Shown: positions 11,600 through 24,800 of the stretch, one piece after another
How the letters are laid out: every line of letters begins with the position of its first letter
Numbering within the stretch: position 1 is the stretch's first letter
Source of the DNA: Nageia nagi
Taxonomy: Eukaryota > Plantae > Pinophyta
Length of the DNA stretch: 64,000 nt
NCBI GenBank assembly: GCA_050084985.1
Contig: JBITNC010000001.1
Coordinates: forward strand, 146,258,001-146,322,000
Direction: 5' to 3'
Made by a program: the position numbers and the translations under genes
Notes under the pieces: generated by a model
Seen by the model: only the letters and a program-made list of their open reading frames with translations
Databases searched by the model: none
Told to the model about the DNA's origin: nothing

Positions 11600-13320
11600 C
11601 TATCATAAAGCAAGGAGTTATTTAGATTTCTCCCACAATGGTACTTTATGTGCCTATATTATGCCTAAATTATATCTTTGAAATTAATATCTTACACCTC
11701 TCTAAGGTGATAAACATATAAGTTGAGATGTAAGATCGATTATAATAATTGCTTTCCCAATTTATTACTTTCCTATTTATCTTTAGTAGAATAGTTGCTC
11801 TATTTCTTTAGAACCTTACCACCTTGATGTTGAGCTCAAGATGGTATGCAACATAAACAATATGGAACATGGTCTTCATAATTGTGATGTGATATGGAAA
11901 AGGATTTATATGTCCTAAGAAGTAATGTTTCATTTCAAAACCTCCCACTATGTTATTTTAGGTGCTTATATTATGCCCAAATTGTATCTTTCCTATTAAA
12001 ATCTTAAATCATCCCAAGGCAAGAATCATATAAGTTTAAACTTGAAAGTATAAGGCTTTACATCCTATGAAGGAGTATATTTATGTTCCTTCCAAAGCAT
12101 GTATCAGTAACCAACCTCATCAAGTATATTATAGATATCCTTATAAAGGTTCAATATGTCATATGAAGAACATCAGTAGCATATAAAGATACAGGTTATG
12201 TAAAACCCCCCCATTATGATATTTTATATATTTATATTAATATTATCTTATATCACCCTAAGCTAATAGTCATGGAATTAGATACATTGAAGTGTAAGGT
12301 TGTATATCTTAACCTAATAACAAAATAACATATACATGTTATGTGAAACTTATTACATCAAGAGGCATCGTTTAGTTGCAAATAAGGGGGTGAAGAGAGC
12401 CAAATATTACTAACATATATCACCTATATTTCAAAATGGATGTGTTAACTAATCACATAAATCTATATAAATATCAATCTCATAAAAAAAAAATTAAATA
12501 TAATTTAGTAAGGTCATTTTGATTTCATTTTCATGATAGGAGGTATTACAAAGGTATGTAGGACTTCCCATTGAACAAATCAAAATTTTTTCATACTTCT
12601 TTGACATGTTTTGCAGTATAGAAGATATGGAACATAGCCTCAATAGTTAATATGTGAGAGTGAATATTGTAACTACTTCCCTTAATGTTCACTTACCTAT
12701 ATATCTTTAGTGGAATAGTTGCTCTATTTCTTTAGGTTTCCATCTTGTTGTTGATTTGAAGATGGTTTGTAGCATCAAGGATATAGGTCATGGCCTTCAT
12801 ACTTAGGATGTGAGACTAAATAGGATTTATATCTCCCAAAAAATAAGGTATTGTTTAGAAAACTCCAACTATGGTATTGTGTGTTCTTATTTTATGACCA
12901 AATTGTATCTCTTAAATAAATATAATACATCACCCTAAGGCAAGAATAATATAAGTTTCATCAATAATATCCTTTTTGAATAATATCTTACATTACATTA
13001 AGGTTACATTCATGCAAGTGGATACTCTAAACTGTAAGCTTATATATCTTAATCCTTATAGAAAAATAATACATGCATATTCTATCAAACTTATATATAC
13101 TTTAATAACCAAGGGCATAATGGATATAATTAAAAAATAAAAATATCACATGAAGAACATTAAGTGTCTATAGAAAAAGAGGATATCTACAAAACCTCCA
13201 CTTTGATATGTTAAGTGTTTATATTAATGTATCTACTAGAAATATTATCTTCTATCATCTTAAGGAGATAGTAATGCAAATTGAAACTTTAAAGCGTAAA
13301 AATGTACATCCTAACTTTCA
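11600..13320. repeat. Degenerate clustered repeat, about 5 copies of a ~100-bp core
   Basis: Core GTG(C/T)TTATATTATG.CCAAATTGTATCT...ATCACCCTAAGGCAAGAAT recurs near 11640, 11950, 12215, 12870 and 13205; a second block is shared by ~11775-11930 and ~12700-12850. Confidence 0.7.
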
Positions 13321-13346
13321 TTTAATAACTAAAGTTGTGAATGCAA

Positions 13347-13499
13347 CTAGCTAAGATATCTAAGATAAATATCTAAAAATAAGAATTATAAATCTTGATG
13401 TGCCAAAATTAAAAATTAAACTTCCAAGAAATTAGAGAGGAACCTCGAGATTTATATCTTTCAGTATTTTTAAGTATATATCCTAGATATCTAAGCTAG
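13347..13499. repeat. Imperfect inverted repeat (~57-bp arms), MITE-like or hairpin
   Basis: CTAGCTAAGATATCTAAGATAAATATCTAAAAATA..TATAAATCTTGA (13347-13398) pairs with TCGAGATTTATA..TATTTTTAAGTATATATCCTAGATATCTAAGCTAG (13445-13499). Confidence 0.8.
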
Positions 13500-16400
13500 A
13501 ATGAATATATACCAAATTTTAATTATTATTTATAATTAATTTTTAAAAAATATAATATTTATACTTTATATATATATTTTACTTTCAATAGTTTTGGATA
13601 GGCATATTATGAATGTGTATGTATTTAAAAAATTTACTCTATTATTCATTTTATAGAAATATATAGAATTCAATTAAATGATTAATATTTAAAAAAAATA
13701 CATTGATTCATTTGTTGTAAATAATTATTATTGGATATATATTTTTATTTAATATATAATAGTTGAATAGTGGATTTTCAAAGCGATCCTGGAAACTATT
13801 AATATAATTATTTAATATATAAAATTTTATAATTCTCCAATGATATAGCATACTAGAGATTAATCTCTAATGAATAAACAAATAAGGTTATAAAAAGTAT
13901 TTGAAATCTACTTCTCATATAAATAAATTTAATTAAAAAAACTCTTTAAAGATCAATTATTCCTTAAGGATTGATCTTTTAATTATAAAAATTGATATTA
14001 CAAGTAGCTAATATTTTATAACAAAACTAAAAAAAGAGAATTTGAAACCCATTTCTCCAACATACAATTTTATCATGATACCTCTTTCCTTTTAGTATAG
14101 GATAGTTTAAATAAACCCTTCAACCAAAAAGTAGAGGAATATCTTATAAATTACTAGGAATTTCACAATTCTTAATATTACAAAATAGAGGTATTTTCAT
14201 AAAAAAATTGGTTTATAAGATTATTTCTACCCTTTACTTTTAACCACCTTCAAATATATATGCATATGCTAATGATAAAGCCTTATTTATGATAAAGCTT
14301 TGTCCACCATGTCCAAATATAGTATAACATAATAAAAGATCAAGCTAAGATGGGATTCAAACTTTCAATCATAAAAAATCCAAATAATATATCATTAGGA
14401 TTACTATGTCAATATCTCTAGCATTCTATGCTTTTAAGTCCCCCAATCTTATACTTGTATATTGCACTCATAGAGTTTAATGAACTACTTATATATTGCA
14501 CCCATACAGTCAACATTTATTGAAACTAATATTATTTTTTACATATACTAAAGATCACCAATATGGTGTGCTTCAAATAACTTAAACTGTTTCCCTTAAA
14601 TATTGACATTCCAACTCATATTATTGGATTCTAGAACTATAACTCTAAGTAATAAATTAATTGATCCTTCTATGGATGTTATTCCCATCCTATCTCCTTC
14701 ATGGGAAAAGTTTAGTTAGAATATAAGTTTGATATCCATCCATATAACAAGGGGTTGTTAATTTCAAACATTAGTATATATTTAAAACTAATCTTATCTT
14801 ATCCACATCATATTAAATATTGCACTCTTTCAACTAGAATTGTAGGATAAATTATGTAACTAGTGAGCAAACAAGATGAATCTTATCCTAAAATTTCCCT
14901 CAAAATATACTTAGGGATTCATGTATTAAACCATTCTTATCATATAGGCCATATCCTATGATAGTACATCCAAAGTGCGATAAAATATTATTGTTTCCCA
15001 ATATACTTTATTTTTATATACCAATAGGAAAATGATAATATCAAAAATGAATGAAAATTTGATTATATTTATCCAAATTATATTAGCCACCATCTAGATA
15101 TTCTTTAATAAATAAAATGATGAAGATTTTAGTAAACTGCTTAATCAAACTCCTCCTTTCATCATCATTATGATGCATAAGAATGTATAATGTTTTCTTT
15201 TTATATTATAAATATTATATGCCTCTTATAGTATTTATCACTATCATGGATTCTACCTCAAATAAATAATCAAGAAAAAATAACCCTAAATTATATATCC
15301 TATTTTTATCTCTTGATACTTGAGCTAAGCCAAAATCACATTTGAAGGCTAAAAAAGAATAGAAACCCTTAGTATACTTCTCAAATTTTCAATTCAAGCT
15401 AGAATTACTTTTGAAAAAACTTAACCTTTAGGTATTAGTAATCAATGTTATTTCTTTTGAAATATTCATAAGGTGTCGTGATATTTATTTCAATTCCAAC
15501 AAAGCCATTAAAAGTGCCTCAAAATATGTTCAACCCTTCCATAGAAATTATATGTTTCCATAAATCTTCTTTTAAAAATAATCTTGTATGTTAATTCTAA
15601 CCAACAAAATAAATTCTTAGCATACATGCCTATGCCTTAGAACACTTCTCACAAGACTATATGTGAAATGAGGACCCATTCAAACATTCCTATACTCCTC
15701 AAATTCATATTGTACATAAGAAGGATGTTAGGAGAGAAATAAATATATTCCTAAATTATATTTATCTTCCTATAAGATGTCTGTATAATGTTTTAATCAA
15801 AATCACTACAATAAAATGATGGTGTTCTAGATACATGCTTTACATAGACTTATGATTACTAATAAAAGATTTTACAAATAAAAAGTAGTATGCATAGAAT
15901 TAATATTTTCTAAAATCATGGATGAGTGTCTTTAATTAACATATCATACAAATAAAAATTTCCTATAACTAAGTACTAAATTTTGATTTTGAAAATAATA
16001 TACTTCATTCCTTACCATTTTTCTCCACTATATCAGGCTTTTAACATCGAAGCTTGGACATGATTTGGGAAGAGTAGCTAGAGTTAGTATTGTATAAACT
16101 AATATATTTGGTGTAGAAGTTTATCTTATTTACAATGTTATGAAAATACTATTATGAGTAATTTGATTTGTACTACAAGGATAACATCTATATGAGATGA
16201 AATTGTGAGTCATAAAAAAATTATATTTAAATTTGAGCTAACATTTATCCAATTTTATATATGATAAGGTTTAGGAATATTAACACAAAAATATCATGAA
16301 AACTTAAACATATTAAAATAATTGAAGTAAAATTTATTTTTTAAAACCTAAATATTAAGTGTATAAGGTTTTATAATATAGTATCTTTACCTTACTATCT

Positions 16401-17559
16401 AATTTATCTTTGAAATTATACTTATCATAGTATAAAGAAAAAATTTAATTCCCAACATGAAAATATTAAAAACTACATATCCAAAAGTTCATTATGGGTT
16501 TATAGACGTCTTGTTAAATTTAGGATACTATAATATTTGATAGATACTAGGTATTATATTAATATTTTTAAATATTGATTATTTTAGAAAAGCACAATCA
16601 TGGATATTTTATAAGGATTTAATGCTTGAAATAAAAGAAACATGAAAAGTTTTATCCTAATGTAAGACTATTTCAATTAAAATAATTTAAAGTTATAAAT
16701 AATGAACTATTTTTTTATTTTTAAAATATCCACCATATATAAGTAAATTCTGTTCTACAAGAAAACAATTGCAATCATATCAAGGATACACATTTATCAG
16801 TTTATAAACATATAAAAACTCCCAAATGGTTTCAAGTTTAAAATGGGTATTATTTACTAGAGATTTTCTTTAAATAATGTTATTGATTTGGCATAATTTA
16901 ATTATAATTTTTTGTATATGTTATTGTATATTATGGTCAAATGAAATCCATTCTAAAAAATTGAATTATTAATTGCTTAATATGCTTCCTTGAAATTTGA
17001 ATCTATAGGTCCTATATAATTTGGTTTATTATTATGTACCAAATAATTTATTTATTTTATAAATGATATAGGGAATATGATATGCACTATATTAAGGCCT
17101 CCTATACAATGTATATAGTATATATAGAAATAGCTTATTAACATCCATATTAATCCCACCACATGTAACTTTATTTAGAAACTAAAATGAAATATAGTGG
17201 AATATTTGTGTATAACCATTATCCTTCCATCTAACAAAATATGAATAATTATTTACCATTCTCATTAATATTTATTTTTTCTATGTTGGGTTTACCTAAT
17301 CTACAATCATAATTCAAATACAAAAATTTGAATGACATTCATACTCTAAGCCTATTCTTGTTTAGCTTATCATTTCTTATATTCTATTTATAAGGAGAAG
17401 ATCATGGGTATATATAACTTTTAAATAACATATGAATCAATACCTAATAAGAATATTTCTACTTATCATTTTTCTTCACATACATTATGATTTAAAAATA
17501 ATATCAGGTTTGAAGAACTTAAAAATAAAGTATACATCAACAAGATACATTACCCTCCA

Positions 17560-18220
17560 TGTAATATTACCAAATTAGATAATGATAAGAAATTGATCAT
17601 AGACTTGTCTAGAAGTATTGTTTGAAATTGCTCATCACCCAATAGCTTAATCAATTGTACCAAACAAAATCTCAAAAATATATACCTCCAAAGAGCACTT
17701 AAGGATTCAAATAACTAAAAGGATAAGAGGTTATACTACTTATGTCAGATAGAAGGATTCATACATCCTCAAGAAGGTAAATTTAAGTTGGGTTATATAG
17801 TATAACAAATCACTTATATGTAGAGATAATATGAGCTAGGATAATACCATGTACATAAATAATTTACATAAAGTTAGCAAGGGTTATTCATATAATTGAA
17901 GTAATATTAAACCACTCAATCTACAACATGTGAAGCCTAAAAATTGTTAGAGGAAAAAATAACTTATAACATTAACATCCATGAGTATAAAATGAATGCT
18001 ATGATGATTTCTTCTTCAAATAAAGGAAAGAAAAAGCAAGAAAGTTGAGGGTTCAAATAATAAGTCAAATTAGAACTATTGAAAGTAGTATCATACAAGA
18101 GGCCACTTCAAAAAATTGAAAAGGTTATAATCTAGTAATAAAAGAAAAAGGAGACCCAAGGACTTCTTAGGACAACTATAACCTATCATCATACTATATA
18201 AAACCTATAAAGAATATGAA
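17560..18220 (+). mobile_element. Mutator-like (MULE) transposase remnant
   Basis: 17812-17857 resembles a decayed SWIM finger (TCxCR.W.L.GIPC.H; ATACCATGTACA = IPCT); a basic RP.KK.KR..KRR segment and a decayed zinc-knuckle-like stretch follow at ~18100-18210. Confidence 0.45.
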
Positions 18221-18669
18221 TAAAAATTAATCAACTTCCTATACATGGATTATCCATACGAATTAAAAGATATAAGTATGGAATTTATTATGATTTCATC
18301 TCTATATTATATGTAGTATCTAAATAATAAATTCTACTAACTTCTTACACAAATTTAAAATCATAATCATGAATGCATTTGAGATGATTCAACTTAGTGA
18401 AATAGTATACAAATGAGTTGATACTTGAAAACATGTAGGTTATAATTTGAAAAAAAAATTCTTCTCCTCTTATTTATGCATTCTTATATAAGTATCTTAT
18501 TAGTAGTTTGATGTATTTTATAGCTAAGAGATTTAACATTATATTTGTAGTCATTTAGTTTTCAAATTTAGGCATTAGGCATATGAATCCTATTTAAATG
18601 TAGCTAAAGGATTTTTTCTCTAGGTGACTTGCATATATATTTTTATTTTATGATATAAAGGTATTGATT

Positions 18670-18865
18670 ATGATGATCTTGAAGTATAGTCATATGCTAA
18701 CTAGGAAGGAAGCATCGATGATAGGAAAAGCAGATCTAGATACATCTTATTCTTTTGTGAACCTAAAATTTTATAATACAACAAGAAGTAATGTACCATT
18801 TCTTTATCCATTATTGAGCTAGAATATATGATTTTATTCTCTTTTTACACTCAAACCATTTGATT
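18670..18865 (+). mobile_element. Ty1/copia RNase H fragment
   Basis: Reads LEV*SYAN*EGSIDDRKSRSRY (cf. YSDADWAGSIDDRKSTSGY), then KK*CTISLSIIELEYM (cf. KKQ..VSLSTAEAEY). Confidence 0.85.
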
Positions 18866-19136
18866 AATATTTAATATGATCTAGTATATACATATACTTA
18901 TTGTTAAAATTTTAGAGGGAATTAAGAATCTCTTTAGAAAATTTAGAATTATTATTTTTTAGCAATTCACTATATTAAGTGTGAAAAATCAATAAGTTAT
19001 TAGTATTTTATTTTATTTTACAAAATTTATCATAATTACTTGAAAAGATAATGCATGTTTTAGAAAATAGTGTATTAGCACCAAATAGTTTATTTTAAAT
19101 TGTTACATTATATTATCCTTGAATCTATCATTCAAA

Positions 19137-21890
19137 ATAGACATACTATCTATATAAATCAAGTCATCCATATAGAAACCCACAAATAGAATTTCATTAC
19201 TTTGTTTCTTGATATATAAGGTAGGTTTAGATTTTGTCCTTTTAAAGCCACTCTTTTGAAAGTAGCCAACAATTCTAATGTATCAAGATCTTAGACTTTG
19301 CTTAATACCATACACTATCTTCTTCAACATGTACATAAAATTCTCATTCCCTTTTACCTCAAAACATTGAGGTTTTTGTACATAAATCTCCTCATATAAT
19401 TACCCATTTAGGAATGCATGTTTGAAATCTATATGATGAATAGTCTAATATTTATGAGTATCAAAGGAAAGCACCATTCTAACAAATTATTACCTTACTA
19501 CAAGAGCAAATATTTCTTCATGATCAACCCATATTTCTATGTGGATTCATTAGCAATGAAACATAATTAAAATATTTGAACAATCCCATCACTATTATAT
19601 TTGGTATTGTAGACCCACTTGGATTAGACACACATCTTTTCTTTGGGAAGATCACACAGCTCCTAAGTATCATTTCTAACAATGAAATTGATTTCATATT
19701 TCATAGCTTACACCCAAAAATTATTAATACAAGAATATTCATAGCAATAAGTCTAAAAAATAGTAGTAGAAAGCAAAGCATAGTTTGTCATGTCACCTTT
19801 GGGTTCACCATCATCTTCATCTCCATGCATGTGCATATTTGAAAGTCTTTCCACAACTTAATCCATCTCTTAGGTATGGACTGTAGTCATCCTTCTTTAA
19901 AAATTGGTATCCAATACTTCATAAGGTGGATGGATTTGAGGTGCTTTAGCCCATCTTTTTGTTCTTCTCACTTTGGATAAAATGTTAGGTGGCTAATCAC
20001 TAGTAGAAGGGATAGATTTATTTTTCTTTGGACTATTTGATGGAATTATTGAAGGAGAACTAGGTGGAAAAATAAGAATGTTGGTGCTACCCCCATTATT
20101 GGTGTTGGATCTTATGCTAGCATTAGCTCTAGAAGAAGTAGATTACCAATAATTATACATAACTAGCTTCACATTTTGTTGCATCTTCTTCCCCATGGAA
20201 AAACTTGAATGATCCTCTAAATTAGTTCCATCATCAACATATAGATTTTAATGATCATAGGCTCTCCCTTCATCAAAATAGATATATTTTGAGAGAATAG
20301 CCTTCCTAGTTTTGGGATTGTAAATTCTATAGGATTGAAAATGAAAACTTAACTATTTGTATTAAACTTATTCCTTTATTTATCAACTATATGCAAAACG
20401 TTTTTGAACCAAAAAACTTTGAAGTTATTCACATTGAGATTCTTTTGACATCAAGCATCATAAGGACTGATATTATCAAAGCTTATTGTGGGATTTTTGT
20501 TTAAAATTTATATATTACCATCCTATTAGAATCAACCCAATACATGTTTTTTAATTGTTTGGTTTGCTACATGCTTCTAGCCAACTCTATAATAGTCATA
20601 TTTTTTTCTTTTTACAACTTCATTTTATTATGGATTATAGGTAGTAGTGATTTTCCTCCTAATCCTCATTATCCTTACAAAATTGGATGAATTCATTGGA
20701 GAAAAAATCTCCACCATGGTCAATCCTCAAATATTTAATCCTATAATCTTTAAAATATTGAAATACTTAATCTTTATATTTAAGGAAGAAGACACAATAT
20801 ATTCAAGAGTAAATATCAATGAAGCTAAGAAATTAAGAGTTCCTACCTAATCTCTAAGTTTGGATAGGCCTATAAATATTTGAGTTAATCAACTACAATG
20901 GATATGAGATCCTCCATGCTTCTTGTTTAGTAAATCTCTTCCTAACATAATTCTCAAGAGAACACACTTCACACATAGATTTGGAGTCCACCACTTTAGA
21001 AAAACCACATACCATCTGGTGAAATGTCAATAATTTCATATGCCCAAAGTTTAAGTGGCCAAATCTAATATACCATAAAAAAAATTATTTTTTAATTATC
21101 ATTCCATATGAATCAATATTTACAATTTCTCTCTCTTCACCTCCAAACATTAAAGGAAATAACCTATTCTTTGGCATGGGAATAAATAGCAACTAACTTA
21201 TTCTAGCCATTATTCTTTCCATAAATGACATATATTCCATCATTAAAAACTAATTTATAGTTCCTCTCCATGATTTTTACTACACTTAACACATTATATT
21301 TTATATTTGGAGCATAACAAAATATCATGTACCTTCTTATTGTCTTCATTCATGGCCTATTCCATCACATCCTTTGCTACAAAAGTTAAGTATTTTTTAT
21401 CACCAAGCCTAATGTTATACTTATAGGATTATCCAAGGAAGAGAACATATCCTTATTGCTGGTCATATAATTTAAACACCTCATATCAAGAAAAAAAGTC
21501 TATTAGAGGTTCTTCATGGCTTGACAATAAGATAGAAATAATATTTTTTCAATAGGAACCTCTTCCTCTCTATAGTTTGTAGACCTCCCTCCATTACCAT
21601 GTTAAGCTTGACACTACATTTCAAAATGATCAAACTTATTATAGTGGTAACATTGTACATATTTTTCTTGTCACTTCTTCCTAATCCTTGACTATGAGTA
21701 GAACCACCTTGATCTCATCCATCTATTCCTTTGAAGGATTTTTGACCTCTTCTTTGACCATTTTATGTTATTTTTTTGTAAGACTTAGCACCAATGCTAG
21801 GCCAAGTATTGATTCTATTGAAATTTCTTTCTTCATTTCTTCCACTTGTAGTTACAAGGAGGTCACTAAAAGGAAATGGTAAATAGCATG
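19137..21890 (-). mobile_element. Degenerate Ty1/copia internal region (gag zinc knuckle, protease, GAG-pre-integrase, integrase, 5' RT); no LTRs seen
   Basis: Minus strand: VQCYHYNKFDH knuckle (~21630-21665); FFLDMRCLNYMTSNK (decayed WFLDSGCSNHMTG, ~21450-21500); WYIRFGHLNF (~21050-21077); integrase blocks at 20330-20850; RT EEIFALVV and DFKHAFLNG (~19400-19520). Confidence 0.9.
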
Positions 21891-24800
21891 TGAGACCTAA
21901 CAAGTGGTATTTTTAAAATCAAATTGAACTATCAATATATCAGTAACTATTGTATAAGAGAGGGGTGTTAGGGGTATTTAAAACTAATGCACTATATTAT
22001 ATTGATATAAAAAGAGAAAAGAAAATGGGGGTACCTTTGGGGGATTTAATGACAAATTTGATTTTTTATGTTAATGCTATTATCATATTAATTATTCAAA
22101 TTTCCCTAAATTATCCTTTTTTTAATTATGAGACTTGAAAATTTGATCAATTCGTTACACTTTTAGACACCTCTTCATCGGTTTGAATCATGCTCCTCAC
22201 TTTCTCTATAACCTCCAACTACATTGACTAAATAGATTTGTTGTGACACATCTTTAATACCATAAGCCCTCAAAAGTTGAAACTATGTCTCAAAACAAAA
22301 ATTTGGTGTCTCCATCAATAGGCCAAGCCTCTTAGGCTCTTCCTCAACTATCTTAATAATCACTCTTGTTTAGTGAAACATAAACTCCTTTGGACTATAT
22401 TTTGTTTGAAAAATAATGAATTATGAAAAATAAAATAAATTTTTTATTTTATTTTATTGAGCATTTCCTTTTAATTTAAATTCTATATTTGTTTTAAAGG
22501 AAAACGAGAACTAAATTTTTTTTTTTTTAAATAATAAAGAACTTATCCAACATATTATAGGAGGAGGGGATAAAGGAAGGAAATGAAAAATTAATTTAAA
22601 TTAATTTAAATTTAGCTTGTAAATCAACATGTTTAATGGTTCTTGAGCCTTCCTTGATATGCTACCAATAATCTCACATCAATTTTCTTACTTTGGAACT
22701 TTGAGGAGTATGACGAAAGTATATGTTCATGCTCAATAATAGATAGTTTTTTTTCTTGTAAATAAAAAATTATATTAATTATAAGTAAAATATTTTATAA
22801 GTATAAATAACTTATTTTAACAAAGTTGTAGGTGTTAATTAAATTTGAAGGATCTAAAACTATATTATATAACGTGAACAAAATAATCATGGTAATTTTA
22901 TTATATACATTATATGAGAAATAATTATTTAAGCACTTAATTAAAATCAAATATTATTAAAAATTATAAATAAAAAATTATGAATATAAAATTAAAATGA
23001 CAAAAATAATTATTTAAAAAAGCAAAAACATTATTTTAGATATTAAAAATTCTACTAGTTTAAGTTTTATTTAATATTAATCATTATTATCTTTTTTCAT
23101 CAAAGAGTACAAGTCAAAAATTGAATTTATTGAGTGAGCTTCCACATTCAGATGGATTACATCTATGACCTTTCTTGAATGGTAATAAAAATAGATAAGA
23201 AATCCAATGGTTGATAATTGATGTCCATGTATAACATATATCATGGCCTCTATGGTATCTAATGAAGGAGGAGAAGCATTGATTCATTTAAAGAATCAAG
23301 GAGTTGAAGAATTGAATATTAACCTTGGTGAGCTTGACCCTCATTTTGGTTTTCATATCCACCCACCCTCTTTCTCTACTTTTCTAGATGTTAGATTCTT
23401 TACATTAGCACCAACCCATACTTATCCTTATCCCTATTGTTGGGAGCATGAATGAAGAGGCCTAGACTTATTTACCATAGACCCATTTGCTGCTTTCTCA
23501 TCTTCATTATTTTCCATAATTAAAATGTTTGAAAGAGTTTCATTGGTCATAGCTCCATATATATGTTATAATTCAACTTCTTCCTCTCTATAATTCTTAT
23601 ACCTCCCTTAATTGCCATGTTTATGTTGAACTCCCTCTCAAAATGATCAAACATATGTAGTGGTAAAATTGTATATATTTTTTTGCTATTTATTTTTGAA
23701 TATATCCTTTTTATAATAAAAATAAAATATAACATGAACAAAATAATCATGATAATTTTATTATATAAATTATATGAGAAACAATTATCCAAGCACTTGA
23801 TTAAAATCAAATATTATTAAAAATGATAAATAAAAAATTATGAATATAAAATTATAATGACAAAAATAATCATTTAAAAAAGCAAAAACATTATTTTAGA
23901 TATTAAAATTTCTACTACTTTAATTTTTTATTTAATATTAATCATTTTTATCTTTTTTCATCAAAGATTACAAGTCAAAAATTGAATTTATCAAGTGAGC
24001 TTCCACATTCAAATGGATTACATCTATGACCTTTCTTGAATGGTAATAAATGGATAAGAAATCCAATGGTTTATAATTGATGTCCATATATAATATATAT
24101 CATGGCCTCTATGGTATCCAATGAAGGAGGAGAAGTATGGACTCATTTAAAGAATCAAGGAGTTGAAGGAGGATTGAATATTAATCCTGGTGAGATCGAC
24201 CCTCATTTTGGTTTTCATATCCATGCACCCTCTTTCTCTACTTTTCTGGACATTAGATTCTTTACATTTGTATCACCCCATACTTATCCTTATTGTTGTT
24301 GTTGGGAGCATGAATGAAGAGGCCTAAACTTATTTGCCATAGACCCATTTGCTGCTTTCTCATCTTCATTATTTTCCATAATTAAAATGTTTGAAAGAGT
24401 TTCATTGGCCATAGCTCCATATATTTCTCAATTCAACTTCTTCCTCTCTATAATTCTTATACCTCCCTTAATTGCCATGTTTAGGTTGAACTCCCTCTCA
24501 TAATGATCAAACTTATGTAGTGGTAACATTGTACATATTTTTCTTTTCACTACTTCCTCATCCTTGACTATGAGTAGAACCACCTTGATCTCATCCACCT
24601 ATTCCTTTTGAGGATTGTTGGCCCCTTTCTTGACCATTTTATGTTATTTTCTCTAAGATATAGCACTAATGCTAGGCAAAGAATTGCTGATAGTGAAATT
24701 CCTTTCTTTATTTCTTCCACTTGTAGTTACGGGAAGATCTCTAATAGGAAATGGTAAATAGCATGTGAGTCCTACCAAGTGGTATTTTTAATATCAAATT

